Translations under genes and position numbers: made by a program
NCBI GenBank assembly: GCA_016748015.1
Contig: JAAOMT010000599.1
Span: forward strand, 62,001 to 126,000
DNA: 64,000 nt
Direction: 5' to 3'
DNA from: Geosiphon pyriformis uo1
Taxonomy: Eukaryota > Fungi > Glomeromycota
In this document: positions 1 through 13,443 of the stretch, one piece after another
Position numbering within the stretch: position 1 is the first letter of the stretch
How the letters are laid out: each line of letters opens with the position of its first letter
The notes under the pieces: model-generated
Told to the model about the DNA's origin: nothing
The model's database searches: none
What the model saw: the letters and a program-made list of their open reading frames with translations, nothing else

Positions 1-132
1 GTACAAAAATTCTGAAATTCTTGGAATCCTGCAATTTCTTTGAGAGGAATCCTGGAATTTCACATTTACTATAGCTATTTCTAATTGGCTAATTTTATAT
101 ACTAATATATTTTTTATATTTTATAAGTAACA
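1..132 (-). repeat. Terminal part of an LTR of the element-B family (element continues left of the window)
   Basis: Matches 43240-43378 and 52330-52473 (ggaatcctg repeats, ctaattggctaat, ends ...agtaaca at 132); abuts LINE coding sequence at 133. Confidence 0.85.
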
Positions 133-3100
133 ACAGCAACTGGTAAATAATAGTGGAAAGCTTTTATAAAATAAGAATACAAACCAACTGTGGATTTGCT
201 TGTAAAGCCAGTTGTTTGTATGAGTCAGAGTGTTAAACTGACACAGTACAAATTCAATCTACATTACCAATTTAGCAGTGTAAGCATCCAAAGCAGTCTA
301 ACTGTCCAAATACACCACAACAAAGTTGTCAGAAAGAACACACTTCAAAACCAAAACAATTACCTGCAATTCTACTATTATAGAGAATACCAATTCATTA
401 ATTTTAATGCCAATACCCAAATTCAAATCAAAAAAATATGCAGCTGCACCACATCTTATTTCATGTATATTTAAATTTCTTAAAGATCCATCTATGTAGA
501 CACTAATGACACCTAAATCAGTAATAAAAAACATTGTTTTAATTCAAAAACACTACTAAAACCATAAATATCCAGAAACCAAAAGCCAATAATAGGTAAA
601 CCAGCCAAAAAAAAAGACTTAACCAAAAAATTATATGCCAAATTGAACCAACAAGAGACTGGGCCTTTTGGATCAAATCTTTTCTAATGACAGAATCTCT
701 TTCAATCAAATATTAAGTTTTTTTTATTGTACAGCTGTTTAACAAAAGCAATCCTAAATCTTTTGAGTAAATGCAAAACATTATAAAACAATAAATTGCT
801 TAGAACAGAAGACATTGGAGTATCACCAGAAAAATGAAATGCAGTTATAAAAAAATTGTCAAAAAACATATTGCAATCTAAAAAAAGTCTAACTATACCA
901 GCCAGAAAATTATTAACTAGACTAACATACAACTTTATGGAACAACACAAAGGGTGAATGGGAGACCAACTTTGAACCTGCAGATTCAAAAACCTATGAC
1001 TAAACAAACAACCAATAAGCCTATCAGCATTTAAAAAACTTAACACAAAAGTTGTCTTATATTCAGACTGCAACTGCTTAAATGATCTTAAGTTATACAG
1101 AAAAAAATAGTAAAGAGCCTCATTGAAAAAATCTTTAGACAAACCAGTCTTCAATTTCAAATTTCTTCTAACCAGTGTATTCCACTTAATATATACACTT
1201 TTAGAAACAAAATTAAACTGAATCCTGTAACTGATTATGGATTGCAACACAACCAATACCAAATAAAGGAATTGTTTATTCAAGATAGTCTTCCTCAAAA
1301 CCAAATTGACAAAAAATTTAACATCCAAATAAGCCTTCATTAAACTAAGTTTGGACAAGTCCTCAGAAGATAAAAAAATACCAAGATACCTATAAGACTC
1401 TCCCTTATAAACAACAGAAATCAGCAAACTACTTATTGACAATAAAGCATTCTTAATTCTCAGATTGATAGAGATGGCAACTGTTTTTTTGTTATTGATT
1501 AAAATGTTATTAACTCTAAAAAAGCTACTTACAATATTTAAAATATACTGAGTGGTTGCTTGACTACTCTTAATTCAAATTGTGTCATTAACAAAAACTC
1601 TGACTGTAAGAAATAAGGTCATATCATCCTGATTTTTTAGTCTGCTAGTTTTGACAACAAATTTAGTATCAATACAATAGCCACATAAACTTTTTTGTCT
1701 TTTAACTTTGCATAATAAGGAGTCATAAAAAATTTTCTAAAACAAAAGAGAAAAAACTTCACCCTAGTTCAGATCATTATGTACATAGTATTCTTCTGTC
1801 AAACCATAATCAGTCATAACCCAATTGATTTTGTTACCATAAATGCTCCCAAAAAATTAAATGAACTGCTTACATATTTTGATCCAAATTAATTATTCTT
1901 CAAATGCTATCAACTTACTAAGTTATAAGCTTTTTACATATTCTGCAAGACTAACCAAAGTTCATGGCCTTTTTCCAAAGCATTCTCAACCACCAAACTA
2001 ACAACAAAAATAGGAGACTGGATTGTAGTCCCTTTTAGCACAGAGAAATTGTCATTATGGAGGACATCAAACTTACTACAGGCCAAAGAAATCCTGTTAG
2101 ACAGCAATTTGAAAAGAATCTTACAAGTGGTCTTAATTAATATAATAAGTCTAGTATTAGTCAAAACACCCTCTTATTTATATGGTTTAGAAATTATTAA
2201 CACTTAAACTTCTTTTTATGGTTAAGAAACAGATTCACATACCAAATAAAGATTTAAAATATTTAAAAGCATAATAAATACTGAAACATCACTATATTTT
2301 TAAAGCTTATTTATAATATTAAACAAATTAGCAGCTTTTTTATTAGATAAATCCTTGATTATATGTACTAAGTCATTAAAACAAACAGAAATTATAACTT
2401 CAGAAAAGACATCATTATTAATATAAACAATAGCAAATATTAACAATACGACAAATTGGGAATACTATTTAATACAACTTTTTTTCTTGTCCATTTTTCC
2501 ATAATCGTATTAATCTTAAATTTAATCTTAACAGAATCCAAAACCAATTCACCATTAAAAACCAAATGGTTCAATACTACTCTATAGAAAGAATGTTCTA
2601 ATACATTTCTGATCATGTGGTCTTTATTAACTGCAAAATCTTTTATTTGCTTTTCAATAGCAGATTTAATACCTAACTCTTTAGCTCTCAATGATTTAGT
2701 AAGTTTAGAGACATAATAAGCCTTTTTCATGCCAAAAAAAGCAGAATGTACACAATCAAAACTTATATCAAAGTTCACTAAATCTTGAATAATAGAGGTT
2801 TTGTTACTGTTCAAAAAATTTCAGTGCTTTATTAAAGAAACAAATCTGTTTATATTTTTTTTATAAAAGCCTTAATAATCTTCAAAACCAAAATTTTCAG
2901 TTTATAAAACTTAGAAAACTCTGGTAAAAACACTATTAAAGTCTTTGAACCACTTTTTTTTGAATGTCTTATTAGCTAAAAGAATCACAATCTTGTGAAC
3001 AACATTCCATATTGCATCCAAATCCAAGAATTTTTTAGATATGACAAAGTTATTGAAGAACATCATGATAGTAATTGCTGTAGCATTTTTAAAATCATTC

Positions 3101-3894
3101 TATTTCATTTTATCAGCATTTTTAACATCAAACTTCTAGTAATCTTTATTCACCTGCTTGTATATAGAATTTAATTGTACATCCAACAAATCTTCTAAGC
3201 CCACAGAAACAAAAACAGCCTGGCAATTAATGTCAAAATATTTTCCAACATTAATTACACCATGATTTACCACTGCATTGACCAAGTTTGAAGAAACAAA
3301 TATGTAATCAATCATTTTTACAATATTTTAAAAATTAACCCATGTCGATATCTTTGCAAATAAGCTTTTATTCAAAGAATTAACCAAACTTAAATCAAGA
3401 CACTTTTTGAAACTGGCACATTTATGGAAACCATCTTTATTAAAGTCATTACTCAAAACAACAAAGAAAGACTTGTTTACAGTCTTGACAATTAGAAAAT
3501 TGATTTCACCAATCTGAGAAAAATGAACAGTCAGAGAAGCACTAGTATAAAGCCCCAAAATTAAAACAGAAAGTTTATTTTTGAAAAGTAACTTAATAAA
3601 GATGAACTGACCAGGCATCTTAGAAACTCTACATATATGTTTTGTCAAAAACTTATCTATAACAACTGTAATACCCGAATCCAAGTAACCAGAGTTCAAA
3701 CCAAAAGTAAAAACATGAATGCCATTAAATTTGTTAACAAGCCATGGTCAAATCTTTTTTTTCAGCTTTGTTTCTGTAAAAATTGAAATCAAATTGTTCA
3801 AATTTTTGTGCCAATAAATAATATCAACCTGTTTTGTAAGATTATTCATATCTTGAACATTGCAAGTAGCAATTTTTCAGATTAAATTGTTCAT
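133..3894 (-). pseudogene. LINE ORF2 pseudogene (APE endonuclease, reverse transcriptase, RNase H)
   Basis: KIATCNVQDMNN, SNDFNKDG (APE); LWLVLQNM, YRYLGIFLS (RT); VYIDGS..GAAAYF..VELQVI..YLDS (RNase H); many stops. Confidence 0.9.
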
Positions 3895-5765
3895 TAAAAA
3901 AGAGATTTGGAAAGTGCACCACTAGCCAAAACCAAACTGTTAAAATATATTAACAAATTCAGCACCAAAACAGTAAGTCCTTCTATTATGCTCTCTAGTT
4001 TAGCTATCTCTAAAAGAGTGGATGAACCTGAAATTGTAGCAGTCTTTTTACTAGTGGCCTCACTTAAACCCTCTCCCATTACTATATTACTTACTTGAAT
4101 TTGTAATAAAGAAGTTATCAGCAGCTAACATTCAGGACTAGACTGAGAAACTGTTGACATAAGTGATTCCAATCTCTTAGCCAACTCACTAATTTGTCTT
4201 ACAAGGCTAACAAAACTGCTTTCATTGCTAACCAAATGTGTTTCCAAATCATTCACAACAGATAAAAGAGGTTTACCATTATTAATAAAACCAAGATGTG
4301 ATTTATTACTATAAAAAGCACATACAAAAGAAATGCCAACTATTAACACCCAAGTTTTATTACCAAAAACCAAAAAATGAGAGACTGGCACAGATTTCCT
4401 CTTATAAATCTTAGTCAACTTAAACTAATCTTAAGCTAAAAGAAGAGTTTTTCTGCTCTTAGAAGCCATGAATTTTTTGACTAACTTATAAGCAAGAAAT
4501 ATGTAATCTGAAATACTACAAACTAAACACAAAGCCAGAAACAAACAGAACCAGCAAAGACCAACATCTTTTATAACTGGAATAATGATAATTGCATTAA
4601 TCAAATTCAGCTCAAAACTAAAGCAAACAATAGCACAATAAACATAGATATAGTTAATAGAATCATAGTCAATAATACAAGTTTTTTTATTAACAAAACC
4701 AATAAACTCCCAAATATTATGAGTGGTTGTTTTCATAGGAAGCATATAAAGCAAAGCCCTAAATTTATTTTTGACATTTCATGTTTGTTTATTAATATTA
4801 GTCCTAATTATGCAAACTGTATTTTTCTTAATAAAAATGGACTATTCAGAAGTCAAGAGATTAGCCTGATTTTAATTTTCTAATTTAATGATTGCCTTTT
4901 GTCACAAATCAATCAATTGAATTTTGATCGACTTAATAATTCCAAATTCAAATATAGCAGTATATACAGCCTTAATAAATGTTTCCACAAGAATTTTTTT
5001 CAACACAATAGCTCGATTTGTTTGAATATTAACTGAACACTTGAGATTAATGTTTACCATAATATTTTGATTGTTAGCCAATTTTGACACAGCCATTATT
5101 GCTTTTTTAAAAGTAAAGAAAGCCCAGATAATTTCACCAAATTTTGAGAGGATAGAGATCTTTCCAAAACTATTCACACCAGAAAAAATTTTTTTGACAA
5201 AATTCAATTTATCCTGAAAAAATTTACCAGCCACTACTATAAGATTAATATCTAAAGCAAAAAACTTCTTAACTGAAACTTGAATCATAGATTTGAGAGA
5301 CAAAAGAAAAGAAAACAAAAAGAATTCATTTAAAACATTATTGTTATCATTATTGTCTACATTAAAATTAAACATACCCAGAAGCTTTTTAAGAACATAT
5401 TTCATAACTATTTTTTTAAGTTTTTTGGGTGTTATATTAGTATTATTATCACCAAAATTCTTTTTATTCTTTTGTTGAAAACTTGTCTCTTCCATCAAAT
5501 ACTCTTTTTTTATATCTACACTCTCTGATTTAATAGTATTCTTACTTTTATGTCCAGCCAAATTACCAAAGGCACAGTAATAGATTTCTTTAATAAACCA
5601 CTCTTGTGCTTTTTTAACAGAAAGATTAACAACAACAGGACCAAACAATAATTTTTTCTTGGACTCTTTTATAACAGAAATGTTATCACTGTTAGCAGTC
5701 TTGTATTCAAACAGAAAAGATTTAGAAGTATCTAACTGAATATTAAAAAAGAATAAAAGCAGCAA
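3891..5765 (-). pseudogene. LINE ORF1 (gag-like nucleic-acid-binding protein) pseudogene
   Basis: Fragments 4902-5765, 4431-4754, 4125-4418 and 3894-4079 align with ORF1 at 53174-54994 (e.g. SLVRQISELAKRL). Confidence 0.85.
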
Positions 5766-5829
5766 AAACTTCTTTTAAATTTTGAACTTTTTTAAGAATT
5801 TAAGATGAAAAAGAGAAAGAAACTTATTA

Positions 5830-7455
5830 TTTACTGAGTGTTTTTCTAATTTAAAAACATAAAAAATTTTACTTTGTTTATAAGCATAATAATACATAAT
5901 TTTAAAATTTTTTTGAAAAGTATTAATAAAAAAACATATATTATTAATTATATATTTACTATTAATATTAAAGTTTAATATATAACAATTTGTTTTAAAT
6001 TTAAAAAACTTTGAATTAAATTTATCATATTATTTTTGTATTTAATAAATTAATTTTTTTAAATTAAACTATATTTGATTTATTATATAAATTATAAAAA
6101 ATTTGGTTATTTTGTTTTAAAATATAATTTTTCTATTTTTTTTAATAATTTTTTCAAAAAAATTTTTAAACAAATGTTTTCAAAAAAAAATCTGTTCTTA
6201 TTTGATTTTTATTTATGTTAAAAAAAATTTATTTTATATTTAATTGTTTTTAGAAACAAATTTTAAATTTAAGTAATTATTTTTAATTAAAATTCTAATA
6301 ATAATAACAAATAAATTCTACTTTTATCTGGTGTTCTCTTTAATAATATTTTTTTCTTCACAATTTTATGATTAAACAAGTTAAAAAAATTTAAAACTTT
6401 TTTTTAATCAGATTTTATTAATTTTAAAAATTAAATCTTATTTTTTTTGTTAATTTTTATAATATTGTTTTTTTTATAAATTTGGTTTTTAATGCTAATA
6501 TAGTTTTAAATAATATTTTTTGAAAAAACAATTAATGTTTTATTTTTAAGTTTTTATATATATTGTTAAACAATTAATTAATTTAAAAATAAATATTTTT
6601 AAGCTTTTGGATTCTATTACAGTTATAATATTAAAACTAGTTATAATATTTCTTAAAAATAATTTAATTATATTCTAATTTTAATAATTAATTTAATTTA
6701 AAAAATTATTACGTACAATTTAAAAAGAATAAACAATTTTGTTAAGCAAAAAAAAATTGTAAAATAACAAAAACTTATTTATTATTATTAAAAAATCGAA
6801 TCAAAACATAAATTAAAAACAAGTTTAATAATCTAAAAAAATTTTTGTTTAGTTTAAATTTGACTATATAGATTCTAATATAATAATTATTATAAATATT
6901 TATTTGGTTAAATATATAAACAAAATTACTAAAGTAGTTAAATAATTTTTTTTAATTAGATTATTATCTAAAATTTTAATTTAATTTTAGGTTTTTACAT
7001 TAATACTTCTTTGAAAAAAATTTATTTAAACTAATATTATCAATTTTTTAATAGTTAAAACTGTAAATAAATACTTTTTTGTAATTTTAAAAATAATAAT
7101 AGTTTTAAAAAAAATATTAATTTTAAAAAATGTTTTATTTTTAATTTGGTTAATTTCTTAATAAATAATTTTATAATTAAGATAAATAACATAAAACAAT
7201 TTTAAAGAAATTATTAAAATAATTAATTATGTATTTATATTTAATTTATTTATAAATATTATAATTAACCTAAAAGTTTTAAATATAAACAATTTTTTTA
7301 ATATTAATTATAAAATTGTTTTTGTTTTAAATTTAAATAATTTACTAAATTTTTAATTTAATTTTTTATAAAAATAAGCAAATAAAAATAGATAAAAATA
7401 CAATTTTAAACATATTAATATTATCAAATAGTTTTATTTAAAATAATTAATTTAA
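5830..7455. other. Extremely AT-rich tract, probably fully decayed TE sequence
   Basis: Line 5941-6000 has 4 G/C in 60 nt; no credible ORF. Confidence 0.5.
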
Positions 7456-7459
7456 GCAC

Positions 7460-8028
7460 TTCTGCCATTGAGAATATGGTCATTTGTTCTTTAAATAAGA
7501 CTGTGTTTTCTATCAATTTGTTCATGGTACTGGCTAAAGGTTTTGTTTTAAAGAGTTGGATGATTGACACAGTAGACCATTTGGGTGCTGATTTTAGAGG
7601 AAGTGTATTGATTGTTAATTTCATTTGTTATTTTGTTGAGAATCACAGATCTGCCATTTGGTTGCCTATGATTAAATTGAAATCTTATTATGAAAAGCAC
7701 AATCTCCCGCCATGTAATAGTTCTTTTTTTTCTTTAGTATCCAGTTTGTCTTCCTTGTGGTTTGCTAAAATGGTATGAGATTTCAGTTTCAGACTAAGTA
7801 TTTATGTGTATTTTGGGTTGTATTCATGTCTGTTCAAATTAGACTTTGGTTTCTTGAATAATATTTCTGTGGTAAATAATCTAGATATGTAGTGCTGTCT
7901 TGATTGGCTTAAGTGGCTGATCATATATAGAAAAAGCATGAGCCATGCTTAATTTAGATTCTATTTTGATTTTATGTATTTAGATAGTGGTTGGACTGTA
8001 CTTATAAAACTTCTAATAAAAAAAAAAT
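7460..8028 (+). mobile_element. 5'-truncated LINE (ORF2 C-terminus, 3' UTR, poly(A)), close to the copy-3 subfamily
   Basis: ORF 7476-7778 (LAKGFVLKSW...HRSAIWLP..KLKSYYEKHNL) matches 59788-60483; 3' UTR matches the reverse complement of 59490-59620; A-run at about 8017-8027. Confidence 0.9.
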
Positions 8029-8254
8029 TATTTATTTAATAAAATTTTACAATTTTAAAAGAAATATTTATTTAAAATTAATATAAATCTGTCATTGTAA
8101 TATTATGTATAATTTTATTAATAAAATTTTTAAAAAATTTTGGTTTTATAATTCTAATAATATTAAAACCAAAAAGTTATTTAAGTTTTTAAAATTAAAA
8201 CTTTTAAGATTTAAGATTATAAAAATTTTTTGTTTTACTAAAATATTAAATATA

Positions 8255-10390
8255 TTTTTTATATTTTTTATTTTTAATAAGCATGGCCTAACTATTATTT
8301 AGAAATTAGAAACAAACTAAGAACTCTAAGGCTAAATGTAATTTATATGTTTTCTATATATAACTAGCTACTTGAATCAGTTTAAATTATACTATGTTAA
8401 TATATCAGCCATTCAGCTGTTTTTAAGAAATCAGTTTTAATATTATTAGACTTATATATCTAAAAAAACATCAAATTAGAAAATGTTTTATTATTAATAC
8501 CAATTAGAAGATCTAAATTACCAAATATGTTAATATTATCTATATAAGACTTTTTTTTTAGTAAAACCACTTCTATTTTCAACTTACCAACAACTTTGTT
8601 AAAAAAATTTAGATAAATTATAAATTCATTAATCTTAAAGCTAAGAACACTACTTAAAACCAAATTATCTTTAATAAATTGGTTAAACACAATAACCAAA
8701 AAGCTAACAGACTTAACAATTGATCCAACCAATACAAAAAGTTTGGCCAAAGAAAACAACTAAAAAAACACTAAAGTATTATTAACAATTACAGAAAAAA
8801 AGGCAAAAATCATTAAAGATAAAAATCCAAAAAAGCTTAAAAGAACAGAAGTTTTGACATAAGACTTAGAGCTTACAAAACAAAATGTAAATACTTTAAG
8901 AGTCTTGAAAGGAAAAGATAAAGACACTTTACAATTCATAATTAAATGGCCTATTTCTTAATACTTAAAGTAATGCTAGCACTCAGAAATTTTCTACCAA
9001 ATACAGTACTTTTTTAGCATACTGGTTTTAACTATTATAGTATCTAAGTTTACTTGAAAACCAGATATAACTAAAGCAAACTGAAAACAGTAACCAAAAT
9101 CAAAAAAACAAAGAATAAAACAAGTCTAATTACCAATCTAAAAAATCATATTACTAATCTTAAAAATAATACAGCCAGAAAGAAGATTAATTAATTTGGC
9201 TTTAAACTTATTATGAAACAAAATAGTTTTATTTTAATTGACCAAAAAAAAGATCTTAATACTATTCTTGTTCACTAATACTAACCAATAATTTAAAACA
9301 AACACAGCAATATTTAGCTCTTTAAAATGAACAATAATATACTGTCAAACACCAGCAGATTTCAGCATAACACAAACAATCTTATTAAAAACACCAAGTA
9401 CTGTCTTAATATAAAAATTACCAAAGATTTGGCAATTTTAAGAGTAACTAAATAAACAAAGCTCCAAAAAAGCAGTTTTTAAAAACTTTTAAGTAGTAAA
9501 TTCTATACAGAAAAGCTTCATATTGTTTTTTAATACTGATTTTATATCTAAAAAATTATGTACAAACTGAAAAACAGTCTTAACATAGCCAATTTAATTT
9601 AAAAAGTAGCACCAAGTATCAAAATAGAGACTATCTACTCAGTAAATCTTTGATGACTAGTAATAGTTTCCTAAATATTACTAATAACAGTATCAGAAAC
9701 CAGAAAAAAATTGAATCAGTTTCTATCTAATTAGCTCAGTTCTCAAGAACAAATAATTCAACAGAAAACTGTTGTTTTATTTTTAAAACTGGTAATAATT
9801 TGTTAAAAAAAATCACATTTAACAATACAATCAATAATTAATCTTGGTCTATCTTAAACAATATGCCAAATGATACAATAAAGATCTTATTTAGAATTTT
9901 ATTAGAAACCATAAAGAAGTTTGGTGTAACAATAGCAAAGACAAATGACTGTTCTCACTTTTTTAAACTTTTGGTTTTTTTGATTATTTTTTTTAAAGAA
10001 AAAATATTAGCAGCATTTAATGTAGAAACTATAAAAAAAAAGACCAGTTTGTTGATTAGTCTTTTATTATAAATTTTTGGGCTTTTTGAAAGAGTAAAAA
10101 CAACACTAAAACTAATTCAAATGTGTTTTTTTAAGAGAATTTTAACTGGTAAAAAACCAGCTAAAAATAAAAAAAATGTTTTAGCAACTATTAAAGACAG
10201 CTTTTTACTATTACTAACTAAAAGAAAAGCTTCTAAAATATTCTGTTTAGCTGTTTCTATAACAGAAAAAACTTCTTTGATTGAAACTTTATAAAATATT
10301 AAAAAAAAGATATCAGTTATAGTTTTTTTACTCTTTACTTTAGTTGTGATCATAAAATTAAAAAAACAAAGAGTATAAAATTTTTTTTGT
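8255..10390 (-). mobile_element. ORF1-only non-autonomous LINE derivative, decayed
   Basis: Degenerate ORF from 10353 to about 8400 with a decayed CCHC knuckle at about 8930-8975 (YFKY*EIGHLIMNC from C-x2-C-x4-H-x4-C). It is joined directly to a 3' UTR resembling 38500-38570 and an A-rich tail; no RT sequence. Confidence 0.65.
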
Positions 10391-12892
10391 TTTAATTATA
10401 TTTAAATATTATTAAAGTTATAATTATTTAAAATTTAATGTATATTAATATTAATATTATTATTGTTTTATTTATTATATCTAAAATTAAAAAAGTTTAT
10501 TATATAATTTAAAGTATTTTAAAACATTTATTTTGTAAAATAGTATTGGTTTATTTTATTATAAACAATATATTAGTTTTGGTTTTAGATAAAATTAAAC
10601 TAAAATAGATAATATTATAAAAAATTAAACAAAAAAAAAAATAGTATTAAATATTATTTTTAATTTATAAATATACTAGTATTTTTTGATTTATATAGAT
10701 AATAATGATTTTTATAATATAATAATTAAAATTAACTTTGGTAAAATACTTGGTATAAATAAAAATTTACCAAATAAAAAGATTATTAGTCTGTTTAAAA
10801 TTATTAATAAGTTATAAAAACACTATAATAATTATATATTAGAATTAATTTTAGATTTATTAAATCTGTATTTGTTATATAAATTTATTTTTATATTATA
10901 AATAAAAATTTAAGTTTTTGTAATAAAATTCATTGTAAAAAATATACAAAAAAAAATAAAATTTTTTAATTAATATTATAAAATAAATAAAAAATTTATA
11001 ATATTGTTAGATAATATTATTTATATAAAAATTAAAATTAAGATATGTAAAAAATTTATTAAGTTTTTAAATACATTTACAATAATTATGTTAACAAACT
11101 TTGATTTAATAATAATTATATAATACATAATAATTTAAATTAAAATAAAATTTTTTTTATTTTTTTAAAAAATTTTCTATAATTTTCTTTTATATAAGAT
11201 TAAAAAACATGAATATTTGGCAATTATACAATAAACATTAAATTTGGTTTTAAAATTGACAAATTAAAGCTATAATTAACATAATTTTCTATTTAGCTAT
11301 TAAAGTTTTTATTAATAATACAATTTAGCTTAAAAATAGTTACACTATTATTTAATATATTTTAAACATTATAAATAAATTTTTCAATATTAATTAATAA
11401 TAACAAAACTGTAATTATTCTTATTAATTAAAAAATTTATAATATTTTTTTATATATTAATGGTTTATTTATGTTTATTGCCAAAAAAAAATTTTATAAA
11501 TATTTAAAATTTGTTTTTAAACTAAATAATAAAAAAGATATTTTTTTCTTTAATATTTTTTAATGTTTATTTGATAATTTTTTGGTAAGCACCAGCATCA
11601 GTTTTTTGTAAAAACCAAGTAACAGAAAAGTCTTAAAAATAGCCACCAATAATTTGAAACTTGTATTTAATATTATATTAATTAATTGTAGCTGTTCTTT
11701 TAAAATTGTCTAATTATTTAATTAGATTTTGAACATTATTTCTAAATAATAATAATAGAGTGTTGTTTTTTTGCCTTACAGTAGTTTGTATGACTTAAAA
11801 AACAACCAAAATGTTTGTTTATATAAAGTCAATAGCTATTGACTCAAAAATAGCTGTTTGTATAGAATAATTTAATTTAATTAAATAGAGATTAAAAACA
11901 AAAGTGGTTTGATAGCTTTTTTTTTGTTTTAAAAAAAGTTTTAATTAACTAATAAACAGCAATCCAAATATAAATTTAATAGTTCAGATATTCGAAATTA
12001 GAAAGTTATTGTTTAAAAGTTGTAAAGTATAAGAGCTAATTAATATTATTGTTTTTTTTTAAAAAAAGCTTCAAAGTAAGTTTGATTAAAAAGATAAGTT
12101 ATATCTGCTATATAGGTTTTAGTTAAATATTTATTTAGAAGCCAGTTTTAAAAGTCTTAAAATTGTTTGCTAAATTGTTTTTTAACAGAAAAGCAAATCA
12201 AACAAGAAAACAAAAGATTGAGTTTAATAAAATCTAGATTATTTTTGTTATATACTGTAAAAGATTTTTCTAATTGTTGTAACAAATATAAATAATTATT
12301 TATACAATAAAAATAAGTGAATTTTGACAATTTTACAAGAAGCACTACTTTTATGTTATAAATTAAAGTAACAAGCTAATAAATAGTAAAAAAAACAGAA
12401 TTGTAAGATAATGAAAATAATCAAAAAAAGAATTATAATAAAAGAGCAAATTAAATAAATAAGAATTTAATGTGCATAATTAGTCTCATAAAAATCACAG
12501 TCATGAATTTTTTTTAGAAATTTAAAAGTAAAAAATAATCTGTAATTGTTAACAAAATAATACTACTGCTATTATTCTATGTCTTAATTCAGCAATTCTT
12601 AGAATTAATAACAAATATCATTGTGCTTTTTAATTATTTTTTTATTTAATAAATTACAAAAGCAAGCAATTGTTTTTTAAGTTAATTTTAATAATATAAA
12701 TTAAGAAAGAAAAAAAATAAAATATTTAAATACCAACAAGTAATTTTTATTCTAAGATGTTTAAACATTTAAAGATAAAAAAAGAAAAATAAGTGATATA
12801 AGAGAAAGTAATTAATAGTAGATTTTATTTTGTTACTTTGATTATATTTTTCTATAACTAAGAGATTTATCATTTATATAATTATTGAAAAT

Positions 12893-13000
12893 AGTCAATA
12901 ATTAGGTCAATGATTAAGTCAATAATTAGGTTATTAATCAAATTAATAATTAAATTAATAATTAAATCAATAATCAGATTAATAATTAGATTAATAATTA
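12893..13000. repeat. 12-bp tandem repeat (about 9 units, aataattaggtc-like), probably within a decayed LTR
   Basis: agtcaataatt aggtcaatgatt aagtcaataatt agg... visible directly. Confidence 0.75.
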
Positions 13001-13009
13001 TTATTTAAA

Positions 13010-13443
13010 AATAAAATAGTTAATTTTATATGTTTTTGGTTTGGGTATTTTTTGGAATTATGTATTATTTATTATTATTTTGTGTTTTATTAAAAAAATA
13101 CTAATATTAAGAAATTAAATATTTAGGTTTAATTATTGTTTTATTACAACTATTGGTTTTAAATTTTAGGGAATATCTTCAGAATTAATTAAAAAAGAAT
13201 ATATACCAATTTGTGGAATTAATAATTTAAAATTGGTTTTAAAATAATGTGTTTTAATTAATTTATGTACAATTTTTGCTAAAATTTGGTTATTAAGTTT
13301 TAATTTATATAATTATTATTTAGAACCTTATAAATAAAAAATAGTTTATTTTATTTATGTTAGAATTTTTTACTCTATTGTTTTTCTGTCTTAGTTTTGT
13401 GTAAAAAAACTTTATTTTTAACTTTAAATTTATTGATAATTAA
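13010..13443 (-). pseudogene. Relic of an A-family Gypsy integrase C-terminus
   Basis: 13140-13300 aligns with 23585-23745 (gaatatcttc...taccaatttgtggaattaat). Confidence 0.75.

Larger units (their letters stand above)
133..5825 (-). mobile_element. Decayed LINE copy 1 (ORF1 + APE-RT-RNase H ORF2), 3' part cut by an LTR insertion
   Basis: Collinear degenerate homology with the LINEs at 38433-55105 and 59481-64000; 5' UTR 5760-5825 resembles 55010-55105. Confidence 0.9.

Noticed and set aside
8105-8302. K/F/I/N-rich short ORFs in AT tracts (also 12157-12345, 14042-14488)
   Set aside because: Compositional artefacts of very low GC
11580-12350. Slightly GC-richer patch as a host gene remnant
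   Set aside because: No recognisable motif in the frames I examined; cannot be supported
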